64,000 bases of DNA from Lingula anatina (GCA_051362555.1 CM120649.1:8494001-8558000); one strand, 5' to 3'; numbered from the stretch's first letter, positions 1 to 14,383 are shown. A program made the numbers and translations. The notes: a model not told the origin generated them from the letters alone.

Positions 1-262
1 TCCTGCTGAATGCAGTCTGATAAACTGAATGACATGCCTCCTTAACCAGCTATAGAGAGTAATCAATTTTCATGTGCGTTCAGCTTCTGGAAGCTTTTTA
101 TTTCATTTTAAGTGCAACCTAACACACACAAAAGTTAACCACATCTTAGTTGCTAAAGGAGGCATTTGTCACTCAGTTTATCAGATTGTATTCAGCGAGA
201 GTACCCAAAGAGTTGGATTGAAATATGTAGAACCTTAGTTTTATTGGGAACATGCCTCAAGT
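1..262. mobile_element. Palindromic MITE, family A (truncated by window edge)
   Basis: Inverted repeat 7-50 vs 157-196; similar to 24664-24902. Confidence 0.65.
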
Positions 263-1567
263 GACTGAGGAGAAGGTTATAATATGACAATGCATGGTGA
301 CTTTGTCTTTCTGTAGTACTAGTGTTGTATCTGCCAGGAGTGCAATGTGAGGACTTGATCATGATTTGTTTACATATTTCAAATGTAAAATCCTGAAAGT
401 TTACCAGCTACAGTTACATTCCATTTAGTCACATTTATATTTGTCAAGGTGAACTATTTCAGTAAGAACTATATTCTGGCAATTTTGTAAAATTGTGCTT
501 GTGCTTTGATAAGCAATAAGATAGGATAGTTTTCTAATTTCCCACTTAATATTATTCTTGCCAGAAAAGTGCTCAGACATTGCAATCTCTACCAAGAGAA
601 ATAATTAACTAATAATAAAGTACTAATTAATCAATGGATCATCACTAAAATCTAATCATTTCTTTCTTGGATCCTTTGTGACATATCCTAAAAATTTCAT
701 TAAAATCAGTACATGACTAATTATCTTTTGTCCAAAAAAATTTAACTTATACAATATATATTATTCCACAATAATAAAGAATCAAAGAATCAATGTTAAT
801 TACTTACCATGACTTTAAGTTTTCATTGCCTTGCCTCTTCCACAAAAACAAGATTACTGATAATTTCCCAGTAACATCCACAAATAGCCTTCTTAGTTAC
901 AGTATACTCTGGGCTTTCCTTCTAAAAGATGTCAACAAAATGACATCACAGGAGTCAGGGAGATGGCAATCAATCATATTGGTAGCAATCCAATACTCCA
1001 CAAGGAGAGTATCATGCCATGTAGATATGTGATGGAAAATGAGACCAATGCTTGTAACAGAGCTGCTAAATCCATACTGGCTCGAATGGTCAGTGAGTGG
1101 TCACCACATTTATGGACTTGACATCAATATGATATTTGATAGCTTCACACAATCAAACTGCCACCAAGGCCAGATCATTGTACTGACAGTGAGGACATTT
1201 CTGCAAACTCTGATACATTTCAATAATTCATCAATAGCCATGCAGACTTGCTACTGGCAAGCAGCTTTAGCTACAAAGCGGGTTGTGGTTTACTGGTAGG
1301 TTGTTCAGCAGGTCTGGTAGCAGGCGCAGGTGCAGCCGACGTTGAGGCAGGCTCAGGAGCGTATAATTGACCAAAAAAAATTAAGAAATCTCTAGAGACC
1401 CCACTGATAGTGCCCCCAGTACATGTAAGTAAATAGTCCAATAGTCACCCTTTTAAGTAGCCATATGTCATTTGCAGCGAAACTTTGTGATAAAGTCAGT
1501 ATGGTTATTAAGAAAGTAGGAGACCAGTAATTGAAAAGCCAGTTGACGGGAAATGAATGTCATGGTT

Positions 1568-1822
1568 AGAGTTCATCCATTTTTATTATCATAATTTGAC
1601 AAGTCTACAAACAGTATGCTTGGGTGGGTGGGGAAGTTTTATGCCCTGTGGACATTTTTAAAAAATGATAAAAATGATGATCCAAATTGCTGTCAAAGGT
1701 CATCATTTTTTGCTTTTCATCTTGTACAATCTGAAGGGGGGAGAGGGTCTGAAAAAGTCTACTCTTTGTACATGTGTGAAAACAGGCCTGAAGGGGAATG
1801 ATGATAAAATGGATGATCCCTT
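1568..1822. mobile_element. MITE family B (Tourist/PIF-like)
   Basis: TIR-like (g)tcatccattttt...aaaatggatgatccct; inverted homolog at 23189-23387. Confidence 0.6.
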
Positions 1823-3148
1823 AAGAAAGTAGGGGACCAGTAATTTGAGCCTGTTGACAGGGAATTAATGCAATCCCTTCTACATGTGCGCAGGAGCATG
1901 TACATGAACGTGTACACTCACATGCGACAGCAAGCAGGCAGTGCATCAGTGGTGCGTGGACCTTACTTTTCAGTACCATGATTCTCTTGTTCAAACACAA
2001 TTCAATCAAACAGCGCCCAAAAAAGACCTTTAGTTGGCTTGGTAAACAAAATGTTGACATTCCTGTATGGACCAGCTATGCACAGACCTCTTCTCCACTG
2101 AGGCAACTTGATTTAATTTACAGTCACTGAATAGTATAGAAAGATGTTTCCACCAGAATACTGCAAACAAAAGTGTCTTTCTTGCTCGGTTGTCTTATTT
2201 TACAGTTTGAATAGTTCTTCTTTGGCTCGTGTGTATTTAGGCTTTATATTAGGTCAAATAATAGGTTGATTTCTATGCCCTACATTGAAATTTACTTCTT
2301 CAATTAAATCATATTGAAAAGGTCACCTGAGCCGTGTAGAAGAGGGTTGTGTATTGGCCGTCTGACAGTGAGAAGGACCTGCTAAACCAGTTTGCGTTGA
2401 AATGCTAATGTTATGTATTAGAAGGCGGTATGCTGTCATATTGGGCCACAGTGCAGGTGTGAAGACGACGCGTAACTTTGCCTGTCACTGGCGCAGGGTG
2501 AGAGCACTGCGATGTAATTAGCCAGTTTGGATCTTAATTAAGACTGTTTGAGTGCTCTGTAGGACAGGTGCGTGATTGAAAATTAATATACTCAGTCAAA
2601 GAGGCCGAGGAATGCTTGAGACACTGTAGTTTAACAACATTGTGGATGTTGAAAATATTCAAGCAGTATTTAAACAATTCTAGACTCAATATTGGATAGG
2701 TACATGTTGGTACCATCATGGCACTCTGATATTTTGAAGACATAGCCAGGATCGGTAATGTTTGATCTCTTCATGAAAGTTCAAGGAAGTGAATTCACTT
2801 TGAGGTGCTTCAAAATACTTCATCTTTCTATAGGACTATATAGAATATAGAATCAACTTCCATACAGTTACCTGTACTAAGAGGTCATTTCATCTTTTGT
2901 GTGTCATACATTGGCAGTCAACTGTAAACCATAAAAATATCCAGAATATATGGGACAGGCTTTCAATAGCTGCAGTCAATCTCAACAGGAAAAATAAGGT
3001 GGATTGGGAGACACAAGAAAATAAACTCTTTCTGATTATTATTTTGAGGCAGCAGAGTTCCAGGTGAAAACATTTTGTGACATAGAGAAATAGTGAAAAT
3101 TACAGGCTGTCAGATACAGTTTTGATATCAGAGATAATAACAGTTAGG

Positions 3149-3899
3149 ATGCCTGAGAGGAAGATAAGTCGTGACAGTCAGAGAAGCAGCAATGGTGGGT
3201 CTGGATTCATTCTGAGCTCCAAGTCCGAGGTGCTGCATTCAGAGCCCCAGGTAATTTATGGTCATGGGCAGCGCCGTGTATCTGGAAGTAGTGGCAGCAG
3301 CGTCCAGCGAGATACAGCCTCCCTGGGCCGTGGTGGTCAGGTGATGTCATCACAGAACATCCACACCACCAGGACAGTCCAGACGTCTGTCAAACACGGA
3401 GATGACCATCATCAGAGGTCAGCCACTCTGCCAGTGACCACTGGGAACCCACGGATACAAGTGTCCAGCTCGTATCACACCCGCTCCAGCCAACCTGAAG
3501 TGGTTGAACCCCCAATAAGACCTCAGACCTCCATGGCCCTCCACACCTCCCCTGAACACAGCCACAAAGTGAAGAAACAGCACAAACATAAGTCGCCGCG
3601 TCACAGTGGAGGCAAGAAACACAGGGCGACCACGCAGCACACGGAGACTATGGAGGAAATCACTTCATCGCGTCAAGGTTCCCTCCCTAGCCTCCATGCT
3701 CATAGACCTAATTCTTATGTTTCAGTTGACACCAGCCGTGCGGGTACTGGACTGACCGAGGTGACTGTCAACTCTGGTGACCATACACTACCCACGTCCA
3801 TGAGACAGATCTCGGACAGTAGGTACGAAGTGGGCTTCACTCCATCAGAGAGCCAGACTCACCAAGCCAAGGTCATGTATAACGGGGAACATGCCCCAG
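3149..3899 (+). CDS. Filamin exon: Ser/His/Thr-rich N-terminal extension (ATG 3149) fused to repeat-coding part 3726-3899
   Basis: Open frame from ATG 3149 to donor CCAG|gtgagt (3899/3900); internal acceptor ctaattcttatgtttcag|TTGAC at 3725/3726. Confidence 0.8.
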
Positions 3900-6700
3900 G
3901 TGAGTGAGACTTTGTTTTGATTTTTGTGTAAAAGATGATAATTATACATCATCATCATGTTTTATAAATGAGAATTACATTGGTCTGTGTTACATAAAAA
4001 AGGTGGTATTTATTTATTTAATTCCTGGAAAAAGGTAAGATAGCAAAAGAAAGTTAATTCATGGATATTAATACATTATCTGAGAATTATGCTGATTCAG
4101 AATATAGAAGTTCTCCTGGCATTTAGTGTACTGTTGCACATAGTTCTGTATATTATCTTAACCAAAATAAATGTTTTATTCAGAGAAAAAATCTCAAAAT
4201 GTTACAAATAGCAAAGCAATGAAACGATACCAAGAAGCAACAATTGATAGATTAACGTATAGCTCTGATGCCCTTGTCTTTTCATGGAAAAAAATATGTT
4301 TACAGTTCTCAATATATTGAAGATTAGGAGTATAGCGCATTTTCATTATATCATTTATTCTATCCACAAAAAAAAATCTCATATTGTTTAGCAGTAAAAA
4401 AGAATTCTGATTCTATAAAATCACAATGAAATTGCAGACACTCAGGTAAAGTACATGTCAGTTAATATCCCACCTTTAACATACATTGCTTTGACACCTG
4501 TCATAAAACACAGCCAGTTGACATAGGATACTTATATAGATTGTGGGAATGGAACCTCTACCAGTATCTGTGTGGTTACACTTAAAAGACCTAGACTGTG
4601 ACTGTTATTATGTGTGTATAATTCTTACCATAACCTCCTGACACTTCTCTGTGTTACGTGACAGAAAGGTAGGAATACAGTGTAAAATAGGCTTTGAATA
4701 TTTTATCCCACAGGTTGGTGTATCACATCATGGAGTATGACCTCCATTGTTTTCTCCTATAAACTGTTATGTTACTGTAGGTTGAAAGCAGGAAGAGATT
4801 GTTGATAAATGCAGGTATCTGTTTTCTTAACAATCCTAACAATCATCATACTTGTTGGTTATTTATAAGTAAGATTTTCTTTTTGTTAATGGTGCCTGAT
4901 GATATAGAACACTGTGTCATGGTCGATTTCCAAGACATGACCTGAAAAAATCATGGATCTAAGCAATTTTGACAGCATTTTTATCAAAGATCTTTTTTCT
5001 TAAATAAAGGTGCACATTTTCTCATCTGCCTATGAACTGCCATTATGAAGCGTTAAACATGATTTCAGTTGAGCCATCTATTCTTCTTTTTCATTATCTG
5101 AAATGAAGTTTTTCTGGTATGAAATGATCAACAAACAGTTGTAAAATGCACGCTTCAGAAGTTTCTTCATGTTTATTTGACATCAGATAAAGAAATTGTT
5201 ATTTGTTTATCTAACTTCAAATCTAACCTCCCACCTCAAGTCTGACACACAAGGCGTGAGGAAAACGTCTGATTTCCCTCAGTGTCCTGTTAACAAGCCA
5301 AGGACATCTATACTGTGACCTGAGGCTAAGGTCTCTCACAGAACCTCCAAATTAAGCACTTCTTGTCTCCAAATAAGACAACAACGATTAAAAATAATTC
5401 TTTTAAAAAAGCGGGCACGCAAGGTACCAAACAGAACGTTGGAATTCCTTTCACCCCACTGACTAAGAGTTATTGGCTTCCCTTGCTGCCAGTGTCAGTC
5501 CCTCCCATACCTGCTGCAACATTACAACTCCTACATTAACCTGAGAGATGGTAGAGAATTGAAAGTCATTTACATTTTATTCATTACTTTTGTCGGAGTG
5601 TGAATAAATTGACCTTTTTACGGTTTTGCCAGAGCAACAGCACCATTTTAATGGGAAATTCATCCAATTGTTTGATTTTAAAGAAATATTTGACAATGTG
5701 TACTCTTTCTGTGAATTACATAAAGAGTGTACCAGCATTTACTTGTTGACTGGGGAAAGAATTAGTCAAGAAGTCACCATCTAGCCTAACACACCTAACC
5801 TGAAGGTAAAAAGACTGGTTATATACTGGAGGCTTCATGTTACACCAGTCACTCTGGTAAATATGTCCCCCAGGTTAATTAACATATGAACCTGTATGTT
5901 GATGATTTATAAGTAGTTTTATATTACTCAGTCACATAAAAGACCCATCATCTTAAATTATTTTCAAGTGTTTGACCATGAAGATTGATGCTGTTAAAAG
6001 AAATGGAATTTTGTGCGAATTAAATTATTCCAGGGTCAAACCATTTTTTCTCAGACTTAAAAAGACTTGACAGTGTTCAGTTCCAGTTTAGTCACAGACA
6101 TCAGTAATTGGTTTCATGACATCAAAACTTGTTACACCGGTATATAGTATATTGCCAACAGTAAGAACATTGAATGGGCAGGTGATGCAGTATAAACATG
6201 TGCAGTATTTACATGCAGAACAGCACTGTTTGCTAGATAAATGTGTCAAGGCAGGATGAAGAAATTGAAGACCCAAAGCACTTGGCAAGCAGGACTGCAT
6301 GCTGAATTATTTTATTTGATATTTAGGAACTTTGTCATATTTGCTGAACAAAAACTGATGGGATTAAAAATGTTTCAGTAGCAATTCAAAGTTACTACAT
6401 TCTTGTTTTAGTTCTGAATCATTATCTATCAAGATATTTTGAAGTTGGCCCTTCTGAACGATCAGAACTGAGCATACCATTAAGGCTGTTAGTTTTCCAT
6501 ATAGTTACTTTAGAATTATATAAAATCATTTTCAAAATAAATGATGACTGTGTTCCTGTCCACCTGTAATGCTGTCATTGTCTCCTTCAGCCTTCAGCAC
6601 AGTGATCACTCTTCATGACTCAAAAGTCCTGTATCATTTTCCCTCATCACAAACACATCACATAGGCCATTAGTTTAAACACAGCCCAATTTTACTCACC

Positions 6701-6732
<32 letters not shown>

Positions 6733-7583
6733 CTTGGCACCATTCTTAGACAAGTACTCGGATTAAAGCAATATTCCTGCTAGAACCCTTGCCCTAGCTG
6801 CCTTATATTACATGCACTTAAGTATGGATGTTAATTTTGTTAGGATTTTTTTCTGAATCCACGAGACGGTGCAGGTTCAAACATGGCCTTTTTTTAAAAA
6901 AGTTAATGCTGTCATACCAAAAAATAAATCGGGGATAGTTGCTAATGCGACCTGATGATATACACAGAACAGCAAATTTTTCAGGTGAAAATTGTAATAT
7001 TGACTTCAAACTGGTCTGCCGCTCAACTGAACAGCTATCAGTGTTATTTTATTACCAGTTTAATTAAAACAATCATTTATAATCAGGTGGCACGAAATCT
7101 TCATAAAGACTTACTTCTGAATTTATTAGCAAAAAGGTATAATAATGATTGTGTTTAATAAAACACTGGGATAAGCTAGGTACTCAAAACAAAAGCATCA
7201 GAAAAAAAGTTCTATTAGATTGTATTGCATAATAATATTTTACTTAGTTATGGTGTTACATTGGAAACCAGTCATTATGATCTCTCACCAAATAACTGAA
7301 TAAAACAACGGAAAGAAGTGAGTGCTTTAAAAATGCTTTTTTTATTGGACTTATATTAATATACAGTGTTTTACATAAGAATAACAGGGGAAGAAAGTTA
7401 AAATTTTGTCAAACATAGGCCTTGATAACATTGAGCCCTCTTAAAAACCATTGATCCACCACTGTTATTGTAGAAGCTAACAGTAATGTGATAACATAGA
7501 ATAAGAGGATGATAAAGAGTTTTTTGATATTTTAATATCTTGGATATTAAGTAAATATTTTGTTTTTTTCCTTTTGTTTATAG

Positions 7584-7730
7584 GCAGTCCCTACCATGTG
7601 GAAGTATTTGATGCAGAAAAAATTACGCTCCATGGCGAGAGCCTCACTCTGGCCTCCTGCCACAAGAGGGAGAACTTCACCATAAATGCAAGAGGAGCCG
7701 GACCGGGGCACATCAGTGTGAACATCATAG
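7584..7730 (+). CDS. Filamin exon (GSPYHVEVFDAEKITLHG...ISVNII), 147 nt
   Basis: tatag|GC ... ATAG|gtaaat, phase 1-1. Confidence 0.92.
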
Positions 7731-10227
7731 GTAAATACATGCCAGAGAATTAGAACACATAGGTGACCAATTCTAACAAAAGTGTTTTCTGGTTATATGA
7801 CACCCGGTGCTCAGGTGGGCCATTTTAAGTTAATATCCAACATCCCGTAGTATGTAGCTAGAACATCCCATAATTTAGCAGCTTAGTCAGGTGATGGGAG
7901 GCGACTAATGTACGTACATGTAGTAGTCCAGATCTCAAAATATCCATCCAAGTCAATTACAGCTGTCACTATCATTTATCACATTTAGATGTATTAAGAA
8001 ATTAGATTTTTATTTCAACCTTTGCGTCCTGATATGGTGATGTTTTATACATTAAGTTGAGCCCATTATACATATAACTAAGTGATGAGCTATCAGTCTC
8101 TAGATCTGAGAAAACATCTTCCTGTGTGGAGAAGTGGCTAACCGTTGTCTACATTGTATAACAGGGTGTTGGTGACTGGCATGTAACTAATGGCACATCT
8201 AAAAATAAAATTGACCAACTGAACCTGTCTTTGTTGTCACTGAGTGTGAGGACTGATTCATCAGTCAAATCTATAATGAAATTGCGTTGTGGTGATTGAA
8301 ATGCATGCAGTTACGGAGTTAATGTTGCTAACGTAGAGAATGCTGTCAGAAAGGTTTGACAATATTCAGAATTAAGATCATTAACAGCGTTATATTCATT
8401 TGGCATTGTGAAAATTTGAAATGTGATAAAACTTTCATACACCCTTTAACGATATGTCTAGACATTATACTGTATTAAAAGCAGATCTCAAGGTCCAGTA
8501 TTAGATAAAGTATAGTCATGGTGTACTAGACAAAAATAATCTTTTTGCGTGTGGTTATAAATGATTGAAGAGCAGATTAAAACTCAGGGCATATAATGAT
8601 AGGGCTGAATGCAAGATGAGGCTGTAAACATCATGTGTGAGTGAAGTCAGAAAAAACGTATAATAACCTAGAGGTACCTGACATGCCATAAGTATATAGA
8701 AGGCACTGCCACACTGGGCTCAAATAAGATTTCTTATCCTTGTAGGCATTAGTTTATAAGTTGATGATTGCAATTAAATGGGTGTGTACATGGCAAGTTG
8801 TCTTTGAGGTGAACTTCTTGATTGCATTCAAGATAAGATGAGCAGTCTTAAAATACAGGATATGAGTGAGTTTTATCTTAGAAGTCTGCTGAGTGTGATC
8901 CGTGTGAAGGTAGTGTGACTGTGCCCCCTGATGAGAACATCGTCCAGTTATGACTGTCCTGGACACATGGACATCAGGGAACTCGTCCAGCTTTCCCTGA
9001 TAGACCCACACCCAGGACATGGCAGGTGTACAGAGGAGCCAATCCTTTGTCCACTCAGGCAATGTCCACTCCGGGCAATGACCAACACAATGTCCTTAAT
9101 TGAGATAACTCAGGGTGGCGCTTGGAATTGTGATCAAAGTATTTATAGAGTGATTAAGGGTTTATATGCAGATTCAACAAGATTTTCCTTTGTAGAAATA
9201 GGAATAACTTTGAAGCTGTGCTGAAGTCAGTGTTTTAAGAAGTGTGCGAGTGGATATTTTGACTGTTTTATTTTACTCCAAATTGAGAGCAAGCTATAGG
9301 GTGACAAAATACACCTTCACTGTGTTTTAACAGTTTTTAAGTCCAAGGATTGTGAAAACTTGTTAATGTTCATCAATTGCATGTTTAGTGATAGGTAAAG
9401 TGATTGCTTATTCTGTGTATGATGGTCATGCCTCACTGTCCTGTATTTGTCCAGTGTGAGATTCTAACAGTGATGTCTCCTTTAGTGTGTGAGATTGCCT
9501 GATATTCATCATTCATAAAGACCCAAGCTGTCAAAGTGTTTAGTGAAGTCATAAGTACTACAAGAATGATTGATGTTTTGCTGATATATACCCATTAAGA
9601 TGCACTAACCATATTGGATATTAGAAAACTGTATTATCAGGTTTTTTAAATCATCAAACACTATACCCTATTTCTAGTATTATATGCTTATTGTTCTTTT
9701 ATCACTACAGGCCTATCTATATCTTATAGCTATTTAGATATTAAAAGTGGGACCATTGAAATATACCCAGGCTTTTTTGTATATATTATGCTATAATATT
9801 TAACCTGCAGTCTTATCTGATATTTTTACTCTTACTAGCTATAACCCAAAACATTTCAGTTGTTTACTTCTGGTTGCCGTGGTTATTGGTGCTGTGTCTA
9901 AAGATCTAAACTAACTTTTCTTTCTCCTTGATATTTGTACATCCAGGGTAAGTTGACTTACCAATACAGTCTTCAGTGTGATACTTCTATAAGATGTTTT
10001 ATTTAAGATATAAGTTGCTTGTTATAATTTTTTAAAAATTGTTTTGTTCATTTTTGTTTAAATGGAATAAAGTAAGCATTCTTTTACAATTAGTAAGCAT
10101 TGTTTCATTTAAAAAATGATTGAGCACTGAGAAAATGTTTTGTTTAAATTTTGTAAAATACAGAAAAATGCAGCACAAGTTAGATTATCTGTCAAAGTAA
10201 AGATTTTTATTTTTCGTACCCCTGCAG

Positions 10228-10311
10228 GGCCAGATGGACGTGATGTCCCAGTACATGTAGTGGACAGTGGGGATTCCACATACAGAGTGGACTGGACCGC
10301 CTCATTGGTTG
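10228..10311 (+). CDS. Filamin exon (GPDGRDVPVHVVDSGDSTYRVDWTASLV), 84 nt
   Basis: ctgcag|GG ... TTG|gtgagt, phase 1-1. Confidence 0.92.
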
Positions 10312-10495
10312 GTGAGTAGCCCGTGGACAGTCTGAAAAATGCAGTTGTATCAGCTTACATCAATGTTTGACCTTTTTCTATGACCTCTAATTTACTTCTG
10401 AGTCTTCAGATGCTTTTTTATAGGTTTGGAGTCCCAAACAATTGCAGATTCAAGTAAATAATCTCAAGTATATGACAGTCACGTGTCTTTTTCAG

Positions 10496-10633
10496 GTGAT
10501 TACCAGGTCAATGTCCTGTACTCAGGCACTCACATCCCTGGCAGTCCTTTCCTTACCAGAGCCTGTGACCCCAGCAAGGTGCAGGTATCCAACGTTGGAC
10601 CAGGGAGAGTGGGAAAACCTACCACTTTCAACA
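10496..10633 (+). CDS. Filamin exon (GDYQVNVLYSGTHIPGSPFLTRACDPSKV...), 138 nt
   Basis: tttcag|GT ... ACA|gtgagt. Confidence 0.92.
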
Positions 10634-11019
10634 GTGAGTGCTATACCTCTATCTAGTACATAAGATACTACTGGTTTATCCACTCAAAGTTTACTAAAAA
10701 GATTCCATACACAGTGGAACCAATATGAAGATGACAGTCTAAGGCATTGAGGATGTTCATTGTTTTCTGCCATACATTCTGGATTCACAGATTTTAAACA
10801 CTTAGCTTAAGTTTAGATATCAGTTTATTCAATGTTTGCTAATTTTTATTATAAAAACACAAAACATGGAATGCAGCATATATATATATATATATATACT
10901 CCCTCTAGACCCATTAATTAAAGTACTTCTTTATACTGTTGTAAAATGTGCTGTGTATCCACCAAATGTGGTCAAGTGCAGCATTCATTTAAAGAACCTT
11001 TATTGCATGCATGCACGCA

Positions 11020-11027
11020 CACACACT

Positions 11028-11097
<70 letters not shown>
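11020..11097. repeat. (CA)n microsatellite
   Basis: Direct reading. Confidence 0.95.
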
Positions 11098-11099
<2 letters not shown>

Positions 11100-11153
11100 T
11101 AAAACAGCTATCATAATGATGAATTCAGTCCATCTTTGTTCATTTCCTTGCAG

Positions 11154-11330
11154 TTGATGCTAGCAGAGCTGGAGCAGGAAATCTGGAAATTATCGTCTCT
11201 GCACGCAACGAAAATGTTCCCAACTTTGTGCAGCAGGAAGGAGGACAGGCACGCTTCAACGTCTCGTTCACCCCACAGGTGTCAGACACACACGTGGTCA
11301 GCGTGAAGTTCAACGGAGACCCAGTGCCAG
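11154..11330 (+). CDS. Filamin exon (DASRAGAGNLEIIVS...VKFNGDPVP), 177 nt
   Basis: ttgcag|TT ... CAG|gtgaag. Confidence 0.92.
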
Positions 11331-12293
11331 GTGAAGTATAAACAAGGTTTTTGATTGGTTGGTATGACTTAGCTCTTTTTTTTTTATTGGCTGTTGATTT
11401 TCAGGATTTTGCATCTGATATTTATTTCTTTTTTTTTTTTTGCCTATGTAATGAAAGGTTTGTTGATTATTTTTGAACATGGTTGAAGCATATTTTTTGC
11501 TTGTTTTTATTAGTGAAGGTAACAGGAATTTTAAGGTGTTGAGTTTTATTTTTTATGTTTTTCCAATTGTAGCTATGGCAATGTTTGGCAAAAAAAAATG
11601 AGGGGATTAATATATATTATTCCATTGTGTTTCAGCTTTTCAGTTATTTTTAACTAACAATTGCTTTATTTTCAGGATCATTATATTTTGAAAAAAAAAT
11701 GTTTTTATTGATCTCTTGCATGTTAACTTTTCTGTGCTCAGAAGAGTAGTTTTCTGTGTGCTAGTGTATATATTAGTTTGTCTGTGGATGTGTCCTAGCT
11801 GTCTGGATGTTGATGGGTTGATGCATGGGACCTTATAATGGTGGGATATGTGGGCTTTTCTTGTCATTTTCAGAATGTCTATTGTTTTCCTTTCTGTGGC
11901 TATTGTTGGGGCATATTAAAGGTTTTTATCCGAAGTCTTCATTGCTATAAATATTTCATCTTTAAAGAAATATTAAATTTACTTTTAATTCTATTTATAC
12001 AGCAAAACTGAAATAGGTTTAAGTTAGTGATCCCTACACAGTGCTTGACTTGTGACCTCACACCATGTAGTGTCTAAAATGTCACTGTTTGGGATGGCCC
12101 CCTCTCTGACTGTATGGTATAAACACTTGGTGTACTATTTGTTCAGTGCTATATGTCATCCTTTCCTCCTTTCTTCATTGACGTAATACTTAATCTTTTC
12201 TTGTCTTATTCTTTGCTATGTCGTCATTGTTATGGCTGATGCTTGCCCTGCATTATATTGTGAATGTGATATTATAGCTATCATGATCTTTAT

Positions 12294-12452
12294 TTGATGT
12301 CACATTGTGTTCATGATGTCACAGTGTATATGATGTCACATTGTGTACATGATGTCACAGTGTATATGATGTCACATTGTACATGATGTCACCTTGTATA
12401 TATGATATCATGCACATTGTTTATGATGTCACATTATGTAGATGATGTTACA
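12294..12452. repeat. Degenerate ~17-20-bp minisatellite (atgatgtcacattgtgt)
   Basis: About 8 recurrences of tgatgtcac. Confidence 0.85.
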
Positions 12453-12529
12453 GTTTGTGAACCCTGAGTCAACTGCTTGCCATGCTTTATCTTGCCTGTC
12501 ATGTTAAGTGTGTGTGCGTGTGTAACCAG

Positions 12530-12676
12530 GTAGCCCGTTCACGTGTGAGATCACGGACCCCGGCCGTGTGATCTTCATGGGTGATGCTCTGCTGCGTGTG
12601 GCCGTGGATAAGATTGCCTTCGTCACTGTCGACCCAGGAGGTGCTGGGACGGGGGACTGCAGGTTTGATATTATAT
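12530..12676 (+). CDS. Filamin exon (GSPFTCEITDPGRVIFMGDALLRV...), 147 nt
   Basis: aaccag|GT ... TAT|gtaagt. Confidence 0.9.
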
Positions 12677-13002
12677 GTAAGTGACTCAGCAACAGATTTA
12701 CTTAATTATTATATGGCAACATGATAAATTACCATAATACAAGTAAAGAAATCAATAAATTTCCATTTATCCAGTTGAAAGTTGTACTTTAATAGTTGAT
12801 ACCAGTGTTTAAAATTTTTTTTCACTTTTTATGAGCATAAGATACATGTCCATGTTTGAAAAAAAATTAGAATAGGAAGTGTGTTATTATTATCATGAGT
12901 GATTTATCCTTCTTATGTTTATAGCAAAATGCACATTAGTGTAGAAGTGAATTTCAGTTCATGTCAACTCTGTATTTTGTATAATATAATTGTGGTTTAC
13001 AG

Positions 13003-13086
13003 CCCCTACAGACAAGTGTCTGCCTGTGACGGTGAAAAGGATCGCAGAGAATCGCGTCAGGGCAGAGTTCCTGCCTAAGGAAGTGG
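13003..13086 (+). CDS. Filamin exon (PTDKCLPVTVKRIAENRVRAEFLPKEV), 84 nt
   Basis: ttacag|CC ... TGG|gtaagc. Confidence 0.92.
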
Positions 13087-13434
13087 GTAAGCAAAGACTC
13101 TTAACTAGAAGACTTATCAGTTTCTTCATACTTTTACATTATTATATGTTTAGATATTTATTGAAATGGATTCTTGCCATAAAATTATTATGGAAAAAAT
13201 TACTAGAAGAAACATTAGAAGAGGTGGAAGGAAAATGACCACATATGTATTTTATAAACAGATAATGGAGGCGCTTTTTACTCAAAGAATAATGTACTAT
13301 GTTTCAAAGTCTTTGTTAGATATTTACTTGTAAATGATTTAAATTTATTTATTTATTGTGATAAAATTAAGATGGTAAAGTCAAATTAATTGTTTAATTC
13401 CACATTTGTTCAACAGTTGCTTTTATTTTTCCAG

Positions 13435-13572
13435 GTTGCCATTTTATCAGTGTGTCCTATGCTGACTTTGAGATCCCAGGCAGCCCTTTTTCCTGTGAAG
13501 TGTATGACCTTCGCCTCATCAAGGTCACCCAGATCAACACAGGAGTCATTGGGAAGACTGTGGAGTTCTATG
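13435..13572 (+). CDS. Filamin exon (GCHFISVSYADFEIPGSPFSCEVYD...), 138 nt
   Basis: ttccag|GT ... ATG|gtaagt. Confidence 0.92.
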
Positions 13573-14059
13573 GTAAGTGAGGGGACAGATTTTTCATGTA
13601 CAAGGATATACAATATGTTTGTCTTTGAAAAACATCAGTGAAAGGAAGACATATAGTCACCAGTGAGACATCATTTTAATGGATACTCAACATGGGTTAA
13701 GACATTTCCCCTTTAACAGAATGCAGAAATGGTGATATATACACCCTAAAATGTTTGGTGACTATACACCCTAAAGAAAGAGATTCATAAATTATTTATC
13801 TTTTTTTTTTTTTTGGTGTGTATTAGACAGTGAGCAATGTTTGTTAAGTGAAGTTGAAAGTTAGCCAGTCGTTCTGCAGTTGCAATTCTCCACTACTCCG
13901 TAAATGTTCTCCATTCCCCATGACTGTTGCCTATCTTTGCCCAAATCAACCTATAACTAATCTGACCAGAAGTTTATTTAATCGAGTTATCTTTTGTTGG
14001 TGGTACAAACCCTTGTGGTGGGAACGCTGCTCTGATCCTCTAGTTTTCTTTCCTTTCAG

Positions 14060-14383
14060 TTGACATAAGCCAGGCTGGCATGGGGGACCTGAACGCCCTG
14101 GTCAAGTGTGGAGATGGCATTGTCCATAGTAAACTGATCAACCTTGGACATGGTCACTTCAAGGGCACCTTTACCCCCAGCAGTGTTGCTAGGCACAGCA
14201 TTCACCTGTCATTCAGTGGAGAGGCGGTGCCGGGCTCGCCATTCAGGTGTGACGTCATTGACAGCGCCATGTGTCTGGCCAAGGGGGTGGGGCTGGAGAA
14301 GGGGGTCTACATGGAGGCCACTTCTTTCACAGTAGACACAAAATTGGCAGGGTTCTTAGCCGAACTTGATGTAACCATTACCT
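14060..14383 (+). CDS. Filamin exon (DISQAGMGDLNALV...ELDVTIT), 324 nt
   Basis: tttcag|TT ... CCT|gtaagt; overlaps ORF 14080-14391. Confidence 0.92.

Noticed and set aside
8931-9224. 97-aa ORF in an intron as an alternative first exon (weak phase-1 donor at 9114)
   Set aside because: Poor donor (gtggcg), no recognisable motifs; cannot be supported.
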